Virus record (IMG/VR): IMGVR_UViG_3300048833_000177
Span: 1 to 58,593 of that record
Reading direction: 5' to 3' (one strand)
Source: a virus
Lineage: Duplodnaviria > Caudoviricetes
DNA: 58,593 nucleotides
Positions 36,024 to 45,930 of the stretch are shown here, in pieces. The notes beneath the pieces were generated by a model, which saw nothing but the letters and a program-made list of their open reading frames with translations, had not been told where the DNA came from and searched no databases. The stretch's first letter is position 1. The number at the start of each line of letters is the position of its first letter. The translations under genes were made by a program, and so were the position numbers.

Positions 36024-39000
36024 GCCGCAGCCGCCTTCCGCCGCTCAGCCCGCGCAGCCGCAGCCGTGTTGCTGGCGACGATGTCGACACCCTCGCGAAC
36101 GTGCATGGCGCCGGTGGCCGCCGCGCTGGCGGTGCGGGTGTGGCCGGTGCTGTTCTCGGACCGCAGCGAGGCCAACTCGGCCTTGACCGCCCGCAGTTCC
36201 GACACGACGGCCCGCATGTCGCCGCCGCCCATCACCGGAACCGGCATCGCGGGCAGCGCGAGGTTGTCGTTCGTCCGCAGAGCCTCGACCGCAGCGACGC
36301 CGCCAAACCGGCTGATGTCGCTCTGGCTCCAGACGATCTCGCCCTTGTGGACGATGCCGGCCGGGTCATACTTGCCGCCGGGGCCGGTGTAGCCGCCGTC
36401 AGCAAAGACGGGCAGGCTCGTCGTTCCAGTGGCGGTTAGGCCCCATGCACGGTTTTGCTGCTGCATCATCGCGTGCATGGCGTAGGCATAATAGCGCATA
36501 TCAGCCAAGACGGTCAGCGACGCTGCCGTGTTTAGGGTGTTCTGTGCGGTGTTGCTGCCAAAATCCTTCATCTGAATGCTGAGATTTCGGATGTCACCAG
36601 ATAGAGCATTGCCGGCCGCAATGTTGTTGTTCGAAGCCGCGGTCGCAGCTTGAATGGCGTTCAGCATCGTGTCCTGCGCGTTCACAGCGCCACGCACCTG
36701 ACCCGTCGCGCTGTTAATCAACTCCAACTTGTCGAGTGAGCCCGAATTATCCTTGTCGAGACGGGTGAACATGTCGCGAAGCTGGCTGTTGCTGGCCATT
36801 CCGCCGAGCGCAGCCTGCATCTCGTTGAAGTCGATCGACGCGCTGGTGTTGCTGTCGATCCGGTTGAAATAGGTCGACAGCGCCGCGGCGATTTCGGACG
36901 CCGAGCCCGACGAGACAGCCGACTGCAGCGTGACCTTCATCGCATCGACTGCGGCCACCGTCTGATCAGCGCCTGCCTCGATCGCGTTGACGATGAACTG
37001 CTCGGCGCTGATCTGCGACGGCAGCGCGCCAAGCTGGCTCTGGATCTGAGCGAAGATCTCCTGGAAGCCGGTCGAAGAGGCGAAGAAGCCCTTGGCGGCG
37101 TCGAGGAGGTCGCTGGCGTAGCTGGTGATGCTGTCGAGCGCGGCGCGGTCGCCGCCCTGCGCCAAGGCAAGCTGGGCGTTATACTGCGACTGAGCCGCCG
37201 CCAGACGGGCCTGCGGCGAGAGCGGGCTGTCGGAGCCAGCGCGCAGGCCGTCCAGATATTCCTGGATCGACCGGGTGAAGCGCGCGACATAGTCCTGCGC
37301 CTGCTGGAGCGACTGCTTGTAGTTGTCGTTCGCCGCCTTGTTGAAGTCGCGGATGATGTTGAAGCGCTCGGCCTGCTGAGCGGCTTCAAGCTCAAGGATA
37401 TACTGCCCGCCGAGCCTGATCTCCTCCTCGCGCTCACGCATCGCCTGCCGGTCATAGGCCGCAAGCTGGCCGGCCAGCGTCGAGGTGTCGTTCGTCGCGT
37501 TGAAGAGCCGATCGATGTAGCCGAGCCGGCGCGACGCATCCTCCAGCGCCTGACCGGCCGCCACGACGTTGCCGGTGAACTCCGGAAACAGCCGCAGGAA
37601 CTCCTCGAAGGCATCGCCCGTGAGGTTGGCCTCGTCGACGAGGTTCTGCGCTGCCGCCTGGAAATAGCGGGTGATGTTGCCGGGGTCCGTGCCGAGCGTG
37701 CGCGAGTCGGTCGCCAGTTGCTGGATTTCCAGCAGCAGCGAGCGGGCATCGTTCAGATAGCCCTTGTCGAGCGCCTCGTTCGTCTTCGCCTGCAGATCGG
37801 TTTCGAACGTGTCGCGCAGGCGCTGGACCGCCATCGCCACGCCAGCGGTGACCGCCTCGCCCGCCTGCTCGCTCGCCACGCCGAGATCGACCAGCACCTT
37901 GACCAGTCCGGCGCCAGTGCCTTGGATTTCCTGCATGCGCTGCTGCACCAGCGTCAGCGACTTGGCACCGTCCAAAACCGACACGGCATAGGCGATCGAC
38001 GCCTGCCGCGCCTGGTCCACCTGAGGCGTGCCCTGCCCGAATGCCGTCTCGGCGTTCTCGATGAAGCCCTGCAGCTCCTTGCCAAAATCAGCCACGGCCG
38101 ACTTGGCCTGCGCGAAGGGCGAGTTCGGGCCGAGACCGGCCTCCATCGACTGGATCATGCCGATGAAGCCGTCGCGATACTCGCTCAGCAGCCGGGCCTC
38201 GTACTTCTTGAAGTCGAGATAGGTTTCCCGCTCCTCGTCGTACTTCTTCGCGAAGAACATGACGTCGGTCAGCTTGCGGGTGGCGGCCTCGGCCTCCGCG
38301 ATCTGGATTTTCAGCGTGTTCTGCGGATCACCGCGAAGCTGGGAGCGCATCGTTGCGATCGCCGGCTGGGCGTTCTTGTAGTTCTCCTGCGCCTCCCGCT
38401 CGCGCTGCTCGCGCGCCTGCTTTCGGGCCTGCTGCTGCCCGTAATAGGCGAGGCCCGCGCCGATCACGAGGCCGATGCCCGGCAGCGCCATGTTCCCGGC
38501 CATGCCGAGGCCCGTCGCCAGCGAAGCGCCCGCCATGGCGCCGGAGATCGCGCCGCCGCCCACGGCCTGGCCAAATGAGCCCGCGGCCGCGCCAGTGCCA
38601 TAGGCGCCCGCGAGGCCAGCGATCGCCGAAAGGCCGCCCGCGAGTTGCTTGCTGTCGATACCGAAGAGGCCCGCAGCGCCGCCGTTCGTGCTCGCTACGT
38701 CAATGCCGGTGACAACACCGACTGCGCTACCCTTCTCCGACCCCTGTTGGACCGCCTTGCCGACTTCTTTGGGTAGGCCAGCAAGCCAGCCGAAGATGCC
38801 GCCCTGGCTCTTGTTATCGTTCGAGGCCATGCCCGTGATGCTGGCCAACGGCCCCTTGCCGCTGATCAGCGCATCGAGCGACGCGGACAGGTAGCCCTTG
38901 CCCAAGCTCTTCAGCGCGCCGTTGATGCCATCGGTTCCGGTGATCAGTTCCTCGACAAAGTTCTTAAAGCCGTCGGCAACAAAGTCCTGCGCCTGCTTGA

Positions 39001-41905
39001 TCCCGTCATAGGCCTTCCGGGTCTGGTCGAGTTGGACGTTCAGTTCGCCTATCCGGCGCGCCTTCTCAATGATCTGCTGGCCTTCCGCGGAATCCGCCCG
39101 GATGCCCTGCTGCACCAACTGCTGCTTGGCCTGCAGGATCTCCAATTCGATCCGACGCGCCGCAGTGCTCTGGCCGATCAGCGCGATCTCGCGCTCAAGC
39201 GCTTGGATGGTCTGGTTCTGGTTTTCCAGAATGCCCAGCGCGGCACGCTGCTGCTCGACCGTCAGGCGTGCACGGACCGCTTCGGCGACCTCACGGTTCG
39301 ACGCCGCGAGCACCTTGTTGTCGTTGACGCCCAGCGCGCGGAGCTTGCGGTTGTTCTCCTCCGTTGCCTGGTTCACCTGCAACTGCTGGTTCGCCTGCGC
39401 CAGCGTGATCCGGCCGGCCGCCACCTCAGCATTGAGCTTGCGCTCGAGGTCGGCGGCCTCCTTCAGCTTCGCGTTGTTCTGGATGCGCTCATTCTGGACG
39501 CGCGCCAGTTCCTCCGCCAGCAACTGCTGCTCACGAATGACCGCGCTGCCGCCTGTCTCGGCGGCTTCCTTCGCCGCGCGCGCCCTGATCTCGGCGGCCT
39601 TGCCGGCCTCGGACCCGTTCTCGCGGATCGCCTTGGTCTGAGCGTTGAGCGAGTCGGTGCCGTACTTCGCCGCGGCCGCCGCCTCGGCCTCAGCGCGCAC
39701 GCCTTCGAGGCGCGCAGCAGTGCGAGCCCGGTCCGCCTCAGCCTGCCGCTGCGCATCCGACAGCGACGATCCGCGCAGCTCGTTCAGCTTCAACTGCGCC
39801 GCGAGTTCGCCTTGCTGGACCGCGGTGAGCTTGCCGGTGAACTGAGCCTGGATGTCGAGGGCCTTGGCCGCCTTGTCCGCTTCGATGCTGCCGGCAACCT
39901 GTGCCGAGCGGAACTCTTCGAGTTGCCGGGTCGCGGTCTGCAGGTTGCGCTCGTACTCGGCCGCGCGCTGCGCCTCCTGCGTGAACTTGTCGGACTGGAT
40001 CGCCTCCGGCCCGGCCTTCACCATCTCGTCGAGCGCCTTGGTGCTGGCCTCGTAGCCGCGGCGGAGATCGGTGACGGACTTCGTCAGGTCGTCGATACGC
40101 TCCTTGTCGGCGTTGTAATCCTTCGACCGGGCTTCGGCGGCGTTCAAAGCATTGGTCGTCTGGACGCGCTCCTGCGCCGCCTTCGCAGCCTGCTGCTGCA
40201 ACTCGATCTGCCGGCGGATGCGCGCCTCTTCGTTGGCCAGCGCGGAATCGTTGGCCTGCAGCCGCCCGATCGTGCCGGACGTCGTCGCGCCAGCATCCGT
40301 CAGCCGCTTGATCCGCTCTTGGATAGAAGCGCGCTGCGAGAGGACCGTGTTCAACTGCTGCTGCTTGGACGGGTCGACCCGGTTTCCGATCGCCTCGCCG
40401 ACGGCGTCGACACCATCCGAAACCGAACGCTTCAGGCTGTCCCATGTGCGGGCCCAGAACGAGGTCGCGTTCGCCGCGCGCTCGGTGCTGCTGACCAGCG
40501 CGTCGACAAGGATCTTCTGCGCCCGATAGGCATCGTTCTGGTTCACCGCGTCGCGGACGGCACGCTGCACCGACGGGCCCAGCGTGCCGAGGCGGGAGTT
40601 GAGCGTCTCCATGCCGCGGATCGGGTCGGCGAACGAGGCCGCCAGATCCTTCGCGGCGTCCGGGACTTCCTGCCCGGTCGTGACCGCATAGTCCTTCGAC
40701 ACACGGATCAGGTCGCGGATGATCGACGGCGCGATCTTGCCGGTCTTGGTGTATTCCGCCGTGATCGAGCGCGCGGTCGACACCGAGACATTGCCGGCAG
40801 CCGCCGACTCCTTCGCCAGCGCGTTCAACTGATCGCCGGTGATCCCCGCGGCGCGACCGACGCCCAGCAGCGAGTTCGCCAGATCCTGCTTCTGCCCCGC
40901 CACGGAGAACGCGGCATAGGCGGCGCCAGCGGCCGCGAGCGCTACCGCCAAGGTGCCCAGCAACGGCGCGTTGGCGAGGAGGCCGGCGCCCAACTGCGCG
41001 AAGAAGCCGCCGATGCTGCCGCGCGAGGCCGCGAACACGTCCGCAATCTGTGTGCCCTGCTGGATCAGCACCGTCAGCGGCGACTGGCCAGAGGCCAGCG
41101 ACACGAACACGTCCTGCGCCTGGCGCGACAGGTTGATCAGTTCATTACGCGCGAGTCCGACGCCGGTGACGTACTTGCCGAGCGGCACCTGTGTCCGTGC
41201 CAACGCCGCGGCCGTGTCCTCATAGCGGCGCGTCACGGCGTCGATCATCGTCAAGCGCTGCTGCTCGCCGATCAGTCCGGCCGCGGCGAACTTGTTGATC
41301 TGCGCTTCCGACTCGGCGCGGCGCTCTTGGGCGATTGATAGCTGGTCATATTCGACGCGCAGCTTCTGGACCGCGTTGGCCTGCCGCTGAAGATCCGCCT
41401 GAAAGACTTGGGCGGAGGCGGCCGCCGCGCCAGGCGTTGATGCCTGGACGCCGAGACGCGCATTGATTTGCGACTGCGCAGCGGCCCGCGCCGCCTGGGC
41501 CTGCGCCTCAGCGGCAGTGCGAGCGGCGGTCGCCAGGCGCCCGTATTTGACCGTCGCCTGATCGACGATGGCGTTCACCTCTTGGAGCGGGCGCCCAAGA
41601 TTGGTGAAGGCCTTATCGGCAATCGACTTGGTCTGCTCCAGTTCCCGTCGCGCCCGCGCGATGGCTGCCGAGGTCGGATCAAGCGCGGCTTGGAGCTTCT
41701 CATAGTCGCGCGCGAGCTTGGAGATGGTCGACGACCCGGAGGTCATGACCATCGTCGTCTTGTCCATCGCAGCCTGGGCTGCGCGGTTCCGGTCGAGGAA
41801 GCGATCAACGGCCCCCTGAGCAACGCGCAGCGCACGGTCGAACTCGGCAGTGCCCTGCTGGGCACCGCGAGCGTCGATCGTGAGTTGCGTGACGATCTCA
41901 GTCAT
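36020..41905 (-). CDS. Tail tape measure protein
   Basis: 1961 aa Ala/Gln helical; LASGQSPLTVLIQQGTQI; FADGGYTGPGGKYDPAGIVHKGE. Confidence 0.95.
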   Translation of the reverse strand: MTEIVTQLTIDARGAQQGTAEFDRALRVAQGAVDRFLDRNRAAQAAMDKTTMVMTSGSSTISKLARDYEKLQAALDPTSAAIARARRELEQTKSIADKAFTNLGRPLQEVNAIVDQATVKYGRLATAARTAAEAQAQAARAAAQSQINARLGVQASTPGAAAASAQVFQADLQRQANAVQKLRVEYDQLSIAQERRAESEAQINKFAAAGLIGEQQRLTMIDAVTRRYEDTAAALARTQVPLGKYVTGVGLARNELINLSRQAQDVFVSLASGQSPLTVLIQQGTQIADVFAASRGSIGGFFAQLGAGLLANAPLLGTLAVALAAAGAAYAAFSVAGQKQDLANSLLGVGRAAGITGDQLNALAKESAAAGNVSVSTARSITAEYTKTGKIAPSIIRDLIRVSKDYAVTTGQEVPDAAKDLAASFADPIRGMETLNSRLGTLGPSVQRAVRDAVNQNDAYRAQKILVDALVSSTERAANATSFWARTWDSLKRSVSDGVDAVGEAIGNRVDPSKQQQLNTVLSQRASIQERIKRLTDAGATTSGTIGRLQANDSALANEEARIRRQIELQQQAAKAAQERVQTTNALNAAEARSKDYNADKERIDDLTKSVTDLRRGYEASTKALDEMVKAGPEAIQSDKFTQEAQRAAEYERNLQTATRQLEEFRSAQVAGSIEADKAAKALDIQAQFTGKLTAVQQGELAAQLKLNELRGSSLSDAQRQAEADRARTAARLEGVRAEAEAAAAAKYGTDSLNAQTKAIRENGSEAGKAAEIRARAAKEAAETGGSAVIREQQLLAEELARVQNERIQNNAKLKEAADLERKLNAEVAAGRITLAQANQQLQVNQATEENNRKLRALGVNDNKVLAASNREVAEAVRARLTVEQQRAALGILENQNQTIQALEREIALIGQSTAARRIELEILQAKQQLVQQGIRADSAEGQQIIEKARRIGELNVQLDQTRKAYDGIKQAQDFVADGFKNFVEELITGTDGINGALKSLGKGYLSASLDALISGKGPLASITGMASNDNKSQGGIFGWLAGLPKEVGKAVQQGSEKGSAVGVVTGIDVASTNGGAAGLFGIDSKQLAGGLSAIAGLAGAYGTGAAAGSFGQAVGGGAISGAMAGASLATGLGMAGNMALPGIGLVIGAGLAYYGQQQARKQAREQREREAQENYKNAQPAIATMRSQLRGDPQNTLKIQIAEAEAATRKLTDVMFFAKKYDEERETYLDFKKYEARLLSEYRDGFIGMIQSMEAGLGPNSPFAQAKSAVADFGKELQGFIENAETAFGQGTPQVDQARQASIAYAVSVLDGAKSLTLVQQRMQEIQGTGAGLVKVLVDLGVASEQAGEAVTAGVAMAVQRLRDTFETDLQAKTNEALDKGYLNDARSLLLEIQQLATDSRTLGTDPGNITRYFQAAAQNLVDEANLTGDAFEEFLRLFPEFTGNVVAAGQALEDASRRLGYIDRLFNATNDTSTLAGQLAAYDRQAMREREEEIRLGGQYILELEAAQQAERFNIIRDFNKAANDNYKQSLQQAQDYVARFTRSIQEYLDGLRAGSDSPLSPQARLAAAQSQYNAQLALAQGGDRAALDSITSYASDLLDAAKGFFASSTGFQEIFAQIQSQLGALPSQISAEQFIVNAIEAGADQTVAAVDAMKVTLQSAVSSGSASEIAAALSTYFNRIDSNTSASIDFNEMQAALGGMASNSQLRDMFTRLDKDNSGSLDKLELINSATGQVRGAVNAQDTMLNAIQAATAASNNNIAAGNALSGDIRNLSIQMKDFGSNTAQNTLNTAASLTVLADMRYYAYAMHAMMQQQNRAWGLTATGTTSLPVFADGGYTGPGGKYDPAGIVHKGEIVWSQSDISRFGGVAAVEALRTNDNLALPAMPVPVMGGGDMRAVVSELRAVKAELASLRSENSTGHTRTASAAATGAMHVREGVDIVASNTAAAARAERRKAAAA

Positions 41906-41911
41906 GCGCGA

Positions 41912-42330
41912 TCACTTCTTCGGCTTGGGTGGCGTAGGAGGTGGGGGCTGCTTGGCGTTGCGCGCCTGCTCCGCGATGAATGCGTCGTCGAGATCCTCGA
42001 TGATCTCGACTTCCCATGGCGCGAGAGGATAGCGCGCGGCCGCGATGAACGCGGCGATGTCCGGCCAGCCGATCGGCTCCGGACCGAACCCGTTCCCGCC
42101 CTTGCGGCGGCGGATCCGGATGAACGCAGCCCAGATGTGGGCGCCGGCGGCGGGGAGGACCGTGGCCGCAAGCTCGGCCCTCAGCTCTTCCCGCCGCTCT
42201 TCCGTGCGCGCCCTGGCGAGCAGACCTTCAAGCGTCTCGCGGTACGAGTTGCCGGCCTTGTCTGTCGCCGAGAGGCGGAAATGCGTCTCCGCGAATGCCT
42301 TCAGTTCGTCGCGGAGCGCTGCATAAAACT
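41912..42330 (-). CDS. Tail assembly chaperone GT extension (-1 frameshift part)
   Basis: Open -1 frame ...HIWAAFIRIRRRKGGNGFGPEPIGWPDI...PWEVEII..LDDAF with no start codon of its own; slippery AGTTTTATG at 42322-42330. Confidence 0.75.
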
Positions 42331-42756
42331 GCGGTCGTCCGTGATGAAATCGACCATCTGCGAAAACGCCCAGCCGAGCTCGGGCTTCACCAGCAGATCG
42401 GTCGCGGCCGAGTCGGAAAAGGTGATCGCGTCGCCCGGCCCGAGCTTGACCGGCGTCCAGTCGACGATGCGGGAGACGATCCAGGAAACGGTCTCGCGCT
42501 TCTGCTCGTCCGGATCCTTGTCGTCGGCCTTAAACTTGCGGCCGTTGACCTGCGCCTGCTCGATCTGCTGCTGCTTGCGCAGGTTCTTGCGGCTCTGCTC
42601 GTTCTGCCAGGCGACCGTCTTGGGGTGAGCCGGGCCGGCGAAGGTGATCTTCCAGCCGGTGCTCTCAATGCCGCCGGGCTTGAGGATCTCCAGAACCGCC
42701 GTCTCGAGCGGGATGAGGGCGGAAAGGTCGACGACGGCGTTCGTATCGGTGGTCAT
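42301..42756 (-). CDS. Tail assembly chaperone G
   Basis: Lies between tail tube and tape measure; ends ..RSFM. Confidence 0.8.
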   Translation of the reverse strand: MTTDTNAVVDLSALIPLETAVLEILKPGGIESTGWKITFAGPAHPKTVAWQNEQSRKNLRKQQQIEQAQVNGRKFKADDKDPDEQKRETVSWIVSRIVDWTPVKLGPGDAITFSDSAATDLLVKPELGWAFSQMVDFITDDRSFMQRSATN

Positions 42757-42869
42757 GATGATTGGTTCCTTGTCGGAGGAGATTGTGGCGGGCGAGGACC
42801 GACACCCTCGCCCGCCTGTCGCGCGACCTCGCCGGGGCGAGATGGGCCGCTGTCGGGCGGATGGAGGTA

Positions 42870-43157
42870 TCAGGGCGCCTTGTCGGAGGCCTTCTCGGTC
42901 GCCTTCTCGACGACCTTGTCAGCGGCCTTCTGAGCGGCCGCCACCGTCTTCGCCGCCACAGCAGGCGGCAGATCGTCGGTCTGGACGGTGAGCGAAACCT
43001 TGGCCTTGCCGGTTTCACTGATCGCGATAGCTGCGAGGCCTTCCGGCCGGCTCGGCCACGCGACGACGAGCCCCGCGGCGCGCGCCTTGACAATGGCGGC
43101 GTCCAGGGCCTCAGCGGCCGAACGAACGGCCGCCTCGACATTGGTCTGCTTGGTCAT
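42870..43157 (-). CDS. Ala/Lys-rich hypothetical protein
   Basis: RBS AGGAG. Confidence 0.6.
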   Translation of the reverse strand: MTKQTNVEAAVRSAAEALDAAIVKARAAGLVVAWPSRPEGLAAIAISETGKAKVSLTVQTDDLPPAVAAKTVAAAQKAADKVVEKATEKASDKAP

Positions 43158-43204
43158 GGATCATTTTCTCCTGGTAGCAACCCCCAGCCGCCGGGATGGG
43201 CCGG

Positions 43205-44398
43205 TTAAGCAGCGCTCGTCTGGTAGACGACGGTGCTGGCTTCGTAGGCGCCGCCGCGCTCGTCCTTGCCGATGAGCAGCGAGATGTCCTGCGTGCGAGG
43301 ACCATCAGAACCGATCTCGGAATCGGTGGCGCTCGCCAGCGTCAGGTTGCCGATGAAGAACGAGCAGAAGTCCTTCGGCTCGCTCTCGTTCTCGGTGAAC
43401 AGGAGATGCAGCGAAAGCTGATCTTCGTCGATGAACTGCTCCATGCGGTTGAAGTCCTGCTTCAGCGCAGTGATGGAGCCTTCGACCATCGCCTGGTTGG
43501 TGAAGACGTCAGGCGTCAGGACCGAACCGACGACCGGCTGGCCGGCAGCGTTCAAGTTGATCGTCAGCGAGAGCGACGACACGTCGAGCACATCGCCGGT
43601 ACCGAGACGAATGACTGCCTCGACCGCCGTCATGCCGAGTGAAGTCGTCGCGGTCGGATCGGTGAAGTAGGGCGAGGACGATCCCGTCATCACCTCGAGA
43701 TCTTGGCCAACGCCGGTGAAGGTCACGATCGCCATGCCGTTCGGCTGCAGATCCAACTGCATCTGGCCCCAGCGGATGCCCTTACCGACCTTGGAGCCAT
43801 CGATGTCGATGTCGCGCTCCTCGAGCGTGAACGAGCGCGCAGTGGTGCCCATGACCAGCTTCTTGGGCCGGGTGATGGTGAACGCCGTGTCGGGGGTGGC
43901 GTTCTCGGTCAGCGTCTCGGCCGTGGTGATGGTGGTCGACGTCAGGCCGGTGATCCGGATGTTCTTGCCGTTGTTGGCCGCCGTCGCGTGGTTCGTAAGC
44001 CGAATGACGTCACCGACGCGCAGACCAGCGGTGATCCACGAGCCGCCACCGGCGACGATGGTGTTGGCGGTGGTGGTGATGCTCGTCAGCGAGGCGGTGG
44101 CCTCGGTGATGACGAGTTCCGATGCGAACGTGCCGCGGAACACGGCCTCGATGAAGTCGTCGTAGCTGCCGAGGGACAGATCGGCGGCATACTGCGCGTT
44201 GACCGTGCGCGAGCCGTGGCGGCCGCGCGTCATCTGGCCATCGCGACGGTTCTCGTTCGACTGGATCGGCTCTTTGGTCAGGTTGAGCGCGCCGCTGTTG
44301 GGGCGGAAAACCTTGCCGCTGGTCGCTCCTGGCAGTGTGCCGAAGGCGCTTTCGACCTTATAGGCGACGAGGGCGTTGCGGCCGGTCTGGTACGTCAT
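43205..44398 (-). CDS. Major tail tube protein with an inserted domain
   Basis: E..FGT.P, IQSNE.R.DG, RSFTLE; central WITAGLRVGDVIRL insert. Confidence 0.85.
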   Translation of the reverse strand: MTYQTGRNALVAYKVESAFGTLPGATSGKVFRPNSGALNLTKEPIQSNENRRDGQMTRGRHGSRTVNAQYAADLSLGSYDDFIEAVFRGTFASELVITEATASLTSITTTANTIVAGGGSWITAGLRVGDVIRLTNHATAANNGKNIRITGLTSTTITTAETLTENATPDTAFTITRPKKLVMGTTARSFTLEERDIDIDGSKVGKGIRWGQMQLDLQPNGMAIVTFTGVGQDLEVMTGSSSPYFTDPTATTSLGMTAVEAVIRLGTGDVLDVSSLSLTINLNAAGQPVVGSVLTPDVFTNQAMVEGSITALKQDFNRMEQFIDEDQLSLHLLFTENESEPKDFCSFFIGNLTLASATDSEIGSDGPRTQDISLLIGKDERGGAYEASTVVYQTSAA

Positions 44399-44406
44399 GA
44401 TGGGCT

Positions 44407-44442
44407 CCTGAAACGAAAGAACCCGCCGGGATGGCGGGCTCT
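44407..44442 (-). terminator. Terminator-like hairpin ahead of the tail tube gene
   Basis: GAGCCCGCC-ATCCC-GGCGGGTTCTTTCGTTT. Confidence 0.6.
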
Positions 44443-44504
44443 CGAGCGCTTGCCCAAGGCGCGGTTGGTCACGGCGGCGCGGGCGTCACGCAGCCGAAGC
44501 GGGA

Positions 44505-44951
44505 TCAGGCGATCGAGATGAACTCGAAGGGGATGGTGACGGTCACGCAGAACCACAGGCCTTCGGGGTTCTCAGAACGAGCCGGCAGCGCGCGCCCGAC
44601 ATGAGGCTTCCATGTCCGCACACAGAACCCGGATGAGCGGTAGAACTCCTTGACGCGGAATATCTCGCCGATCGCCGTCGCGTGCGTCCGGGCTGTCGAA
44701 AGGCCGACACCCGTGGGAACGAAGACCTTGGCGACGATGCTGCCGCGGTCGACGTTGACATGGCTGCCGGGCTTGCCAGCGCCGATGATGTCGCCTTCCT
44801 CGTTCTCGATCTCGAACAACACCCACGGCACCGGGGCGCCATCGACGAAAGCCGCCTGCTCCCCTTCATTCGGGAGGATGATCGGCGACGTCGTCCAGTT
44901 GTCCCGGAGACGCTGCTCGATCGCCTCCATGGCGCCGGCGATGTCTGGCAT
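44505..44951 (-). CDS. Tail terminator/completion protein
   Basis: Synteny; VFVP.G.G and VTIPF motifs. Confidence 0.7.
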   Translation of the reverse strand: MPDIAGAMEAIEQRLRDNWTTSPIILPNEGEQAAFVDGAPVPWVLFEIENEEGDIIGAGKPGSHVNVDRGSIVAKVFVPTGVGLSTARTHATAIGEIFRVKEFYRSSGFCVRTWKPHVGRALPARSENPEGLWFCVTVTIPFEFISIA

Positions 44952-44953
44952 GG

Positions 44954-45556
44954 CTACTTCTCGGTGATCAGGAGCACGGGTTGGCGCGTGTCGCGCTCGA
45001 TACGGTTGGCGCCGCGCCCTCCCCCGCCGCCGACCACTCCGCGGAAGGTGAACCGGATGTTGGCGACAGCGCTGAACTGGCGCTTCACCGACCGCGAAGC
45101 CCGCTCGTAGACGTGGTCAGTGCCTGGCACGCGCATCGTCATGGCGCCGACCTCGATCTTTCGGGCATAGGGCACCGGGTTCGCGATCGACACCTCGTCG
45201 CCAGACTTCCATGCGCTCAGGTTCGACACGGCCACGCCATTGAGGAACAGCGTGTGCGATTCCCGGTACTCGCCGCTGTCGACCGGGCTGAACTCGAAAA
45301 GCTTCTCCATCGCGAACTGCGCGACTGCCTCAAGGCGCGGGTAGAGATAGTCGATCCGGCCGAAGGCGCTGACGTTCTCCTCAACCAGCCCGCGCCGGCC
45401 GTCGACGATCCTGGTGAACGCCATCGGTCGCGGCGGCGTCTTCATCACCTTGGCGTGCTCGCGCTTCGCCGTCTCGACGAGAAGCCGCTTCGTCGCCGCC
45501 GCGGTCTCCTGCCGCGCAATCTCGAACTGCCGGGCGATCGGCTGGTATCGGGCCAT
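44954..45556 (-). CDS. Tail completion (HK97 gp10-like) protein
   Basis: SPVDSGEYRESH, NPVPYARKIE. Confidence 0.7.
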   Translation of the reverse strand: MARYQPIARQFEIARQETAAATKRLLVETAKREHAKVMKTPPRPMAFTRIVDGRRGLVEENVSAFGRIDYLYPRLEAVAQFAMEKLFEFSPVDSGEYRESHTLFLNGVAVSNLSAWKSGDEVSIANPVPYARKIEVGAMTMRVPGTDHVYERASRSVKRQFSAVANIRFTFRGVVGGGGGRGANRIERDTRQPVLLITEK

Positions 45557-45930
45557 CAGCCCAAAACCTTCGCCTCGACCCTGACCGGAGTGTTGCCGGA
45601 CAGGAGCGGTCGGGCAGCCTCAATCTTGCGGTCCCCGCCGATGCTCTGACGGATGAAGTCGCCAACCTTGGGCCAGCGATCGCCACCGGCCGCGCCCGGC
45701 CATGTGCCGGCCGTCGCCGCCGCATTGATCTCCGTCGGCGAGATGATGAAGGTCGATGCCGTCTGGGCAACTCCGGCCACGAGAACCTCGCTGGCATAGC
45801 CCGCGACCTTCGCCTTGCATGTCAACTCGACGAAGGCAGTGGTCGTGCCGATGCGCCGGCGGATGGTGATCGTCTCACCATGCTCCGCCAGTTGGCTGTC
45901 GAGCATTGCGATAGCTTCAGCCGGTGTCAT
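45556..45930 (-). CDS. Head closure protein
   Basis: Synteny; HGETITIRR. Confidence 0.65.
   Translation of the reverse strand: MTPAEAIAMLDSQLAEHGETITIRRRIGTTTAFVELTCKAKVAGYASEVLVAGVAQTASTFIISPTEINAAATAGTWPGAAGGDRWPKVGDFIRQSIGGDRKIEAARPLLSGNTPVRVEAKVLG

Noticed and set aside
39032-41338. Long plus-strand ORFs opposite structural genes (also 46721-48178, 50626-52128, 52809-54479, 4041-5402)
   Set aside because: Antisense shadows caused by high-GC codon bias; the opposite strand carries recognisable phage proteins.
41902-42171. 89-aa ORF in the track upstream of the tape measure gene
   Set aside because: Wrong frame; the frame ending at 41912 encodes the recognisable GT chaperone domain.
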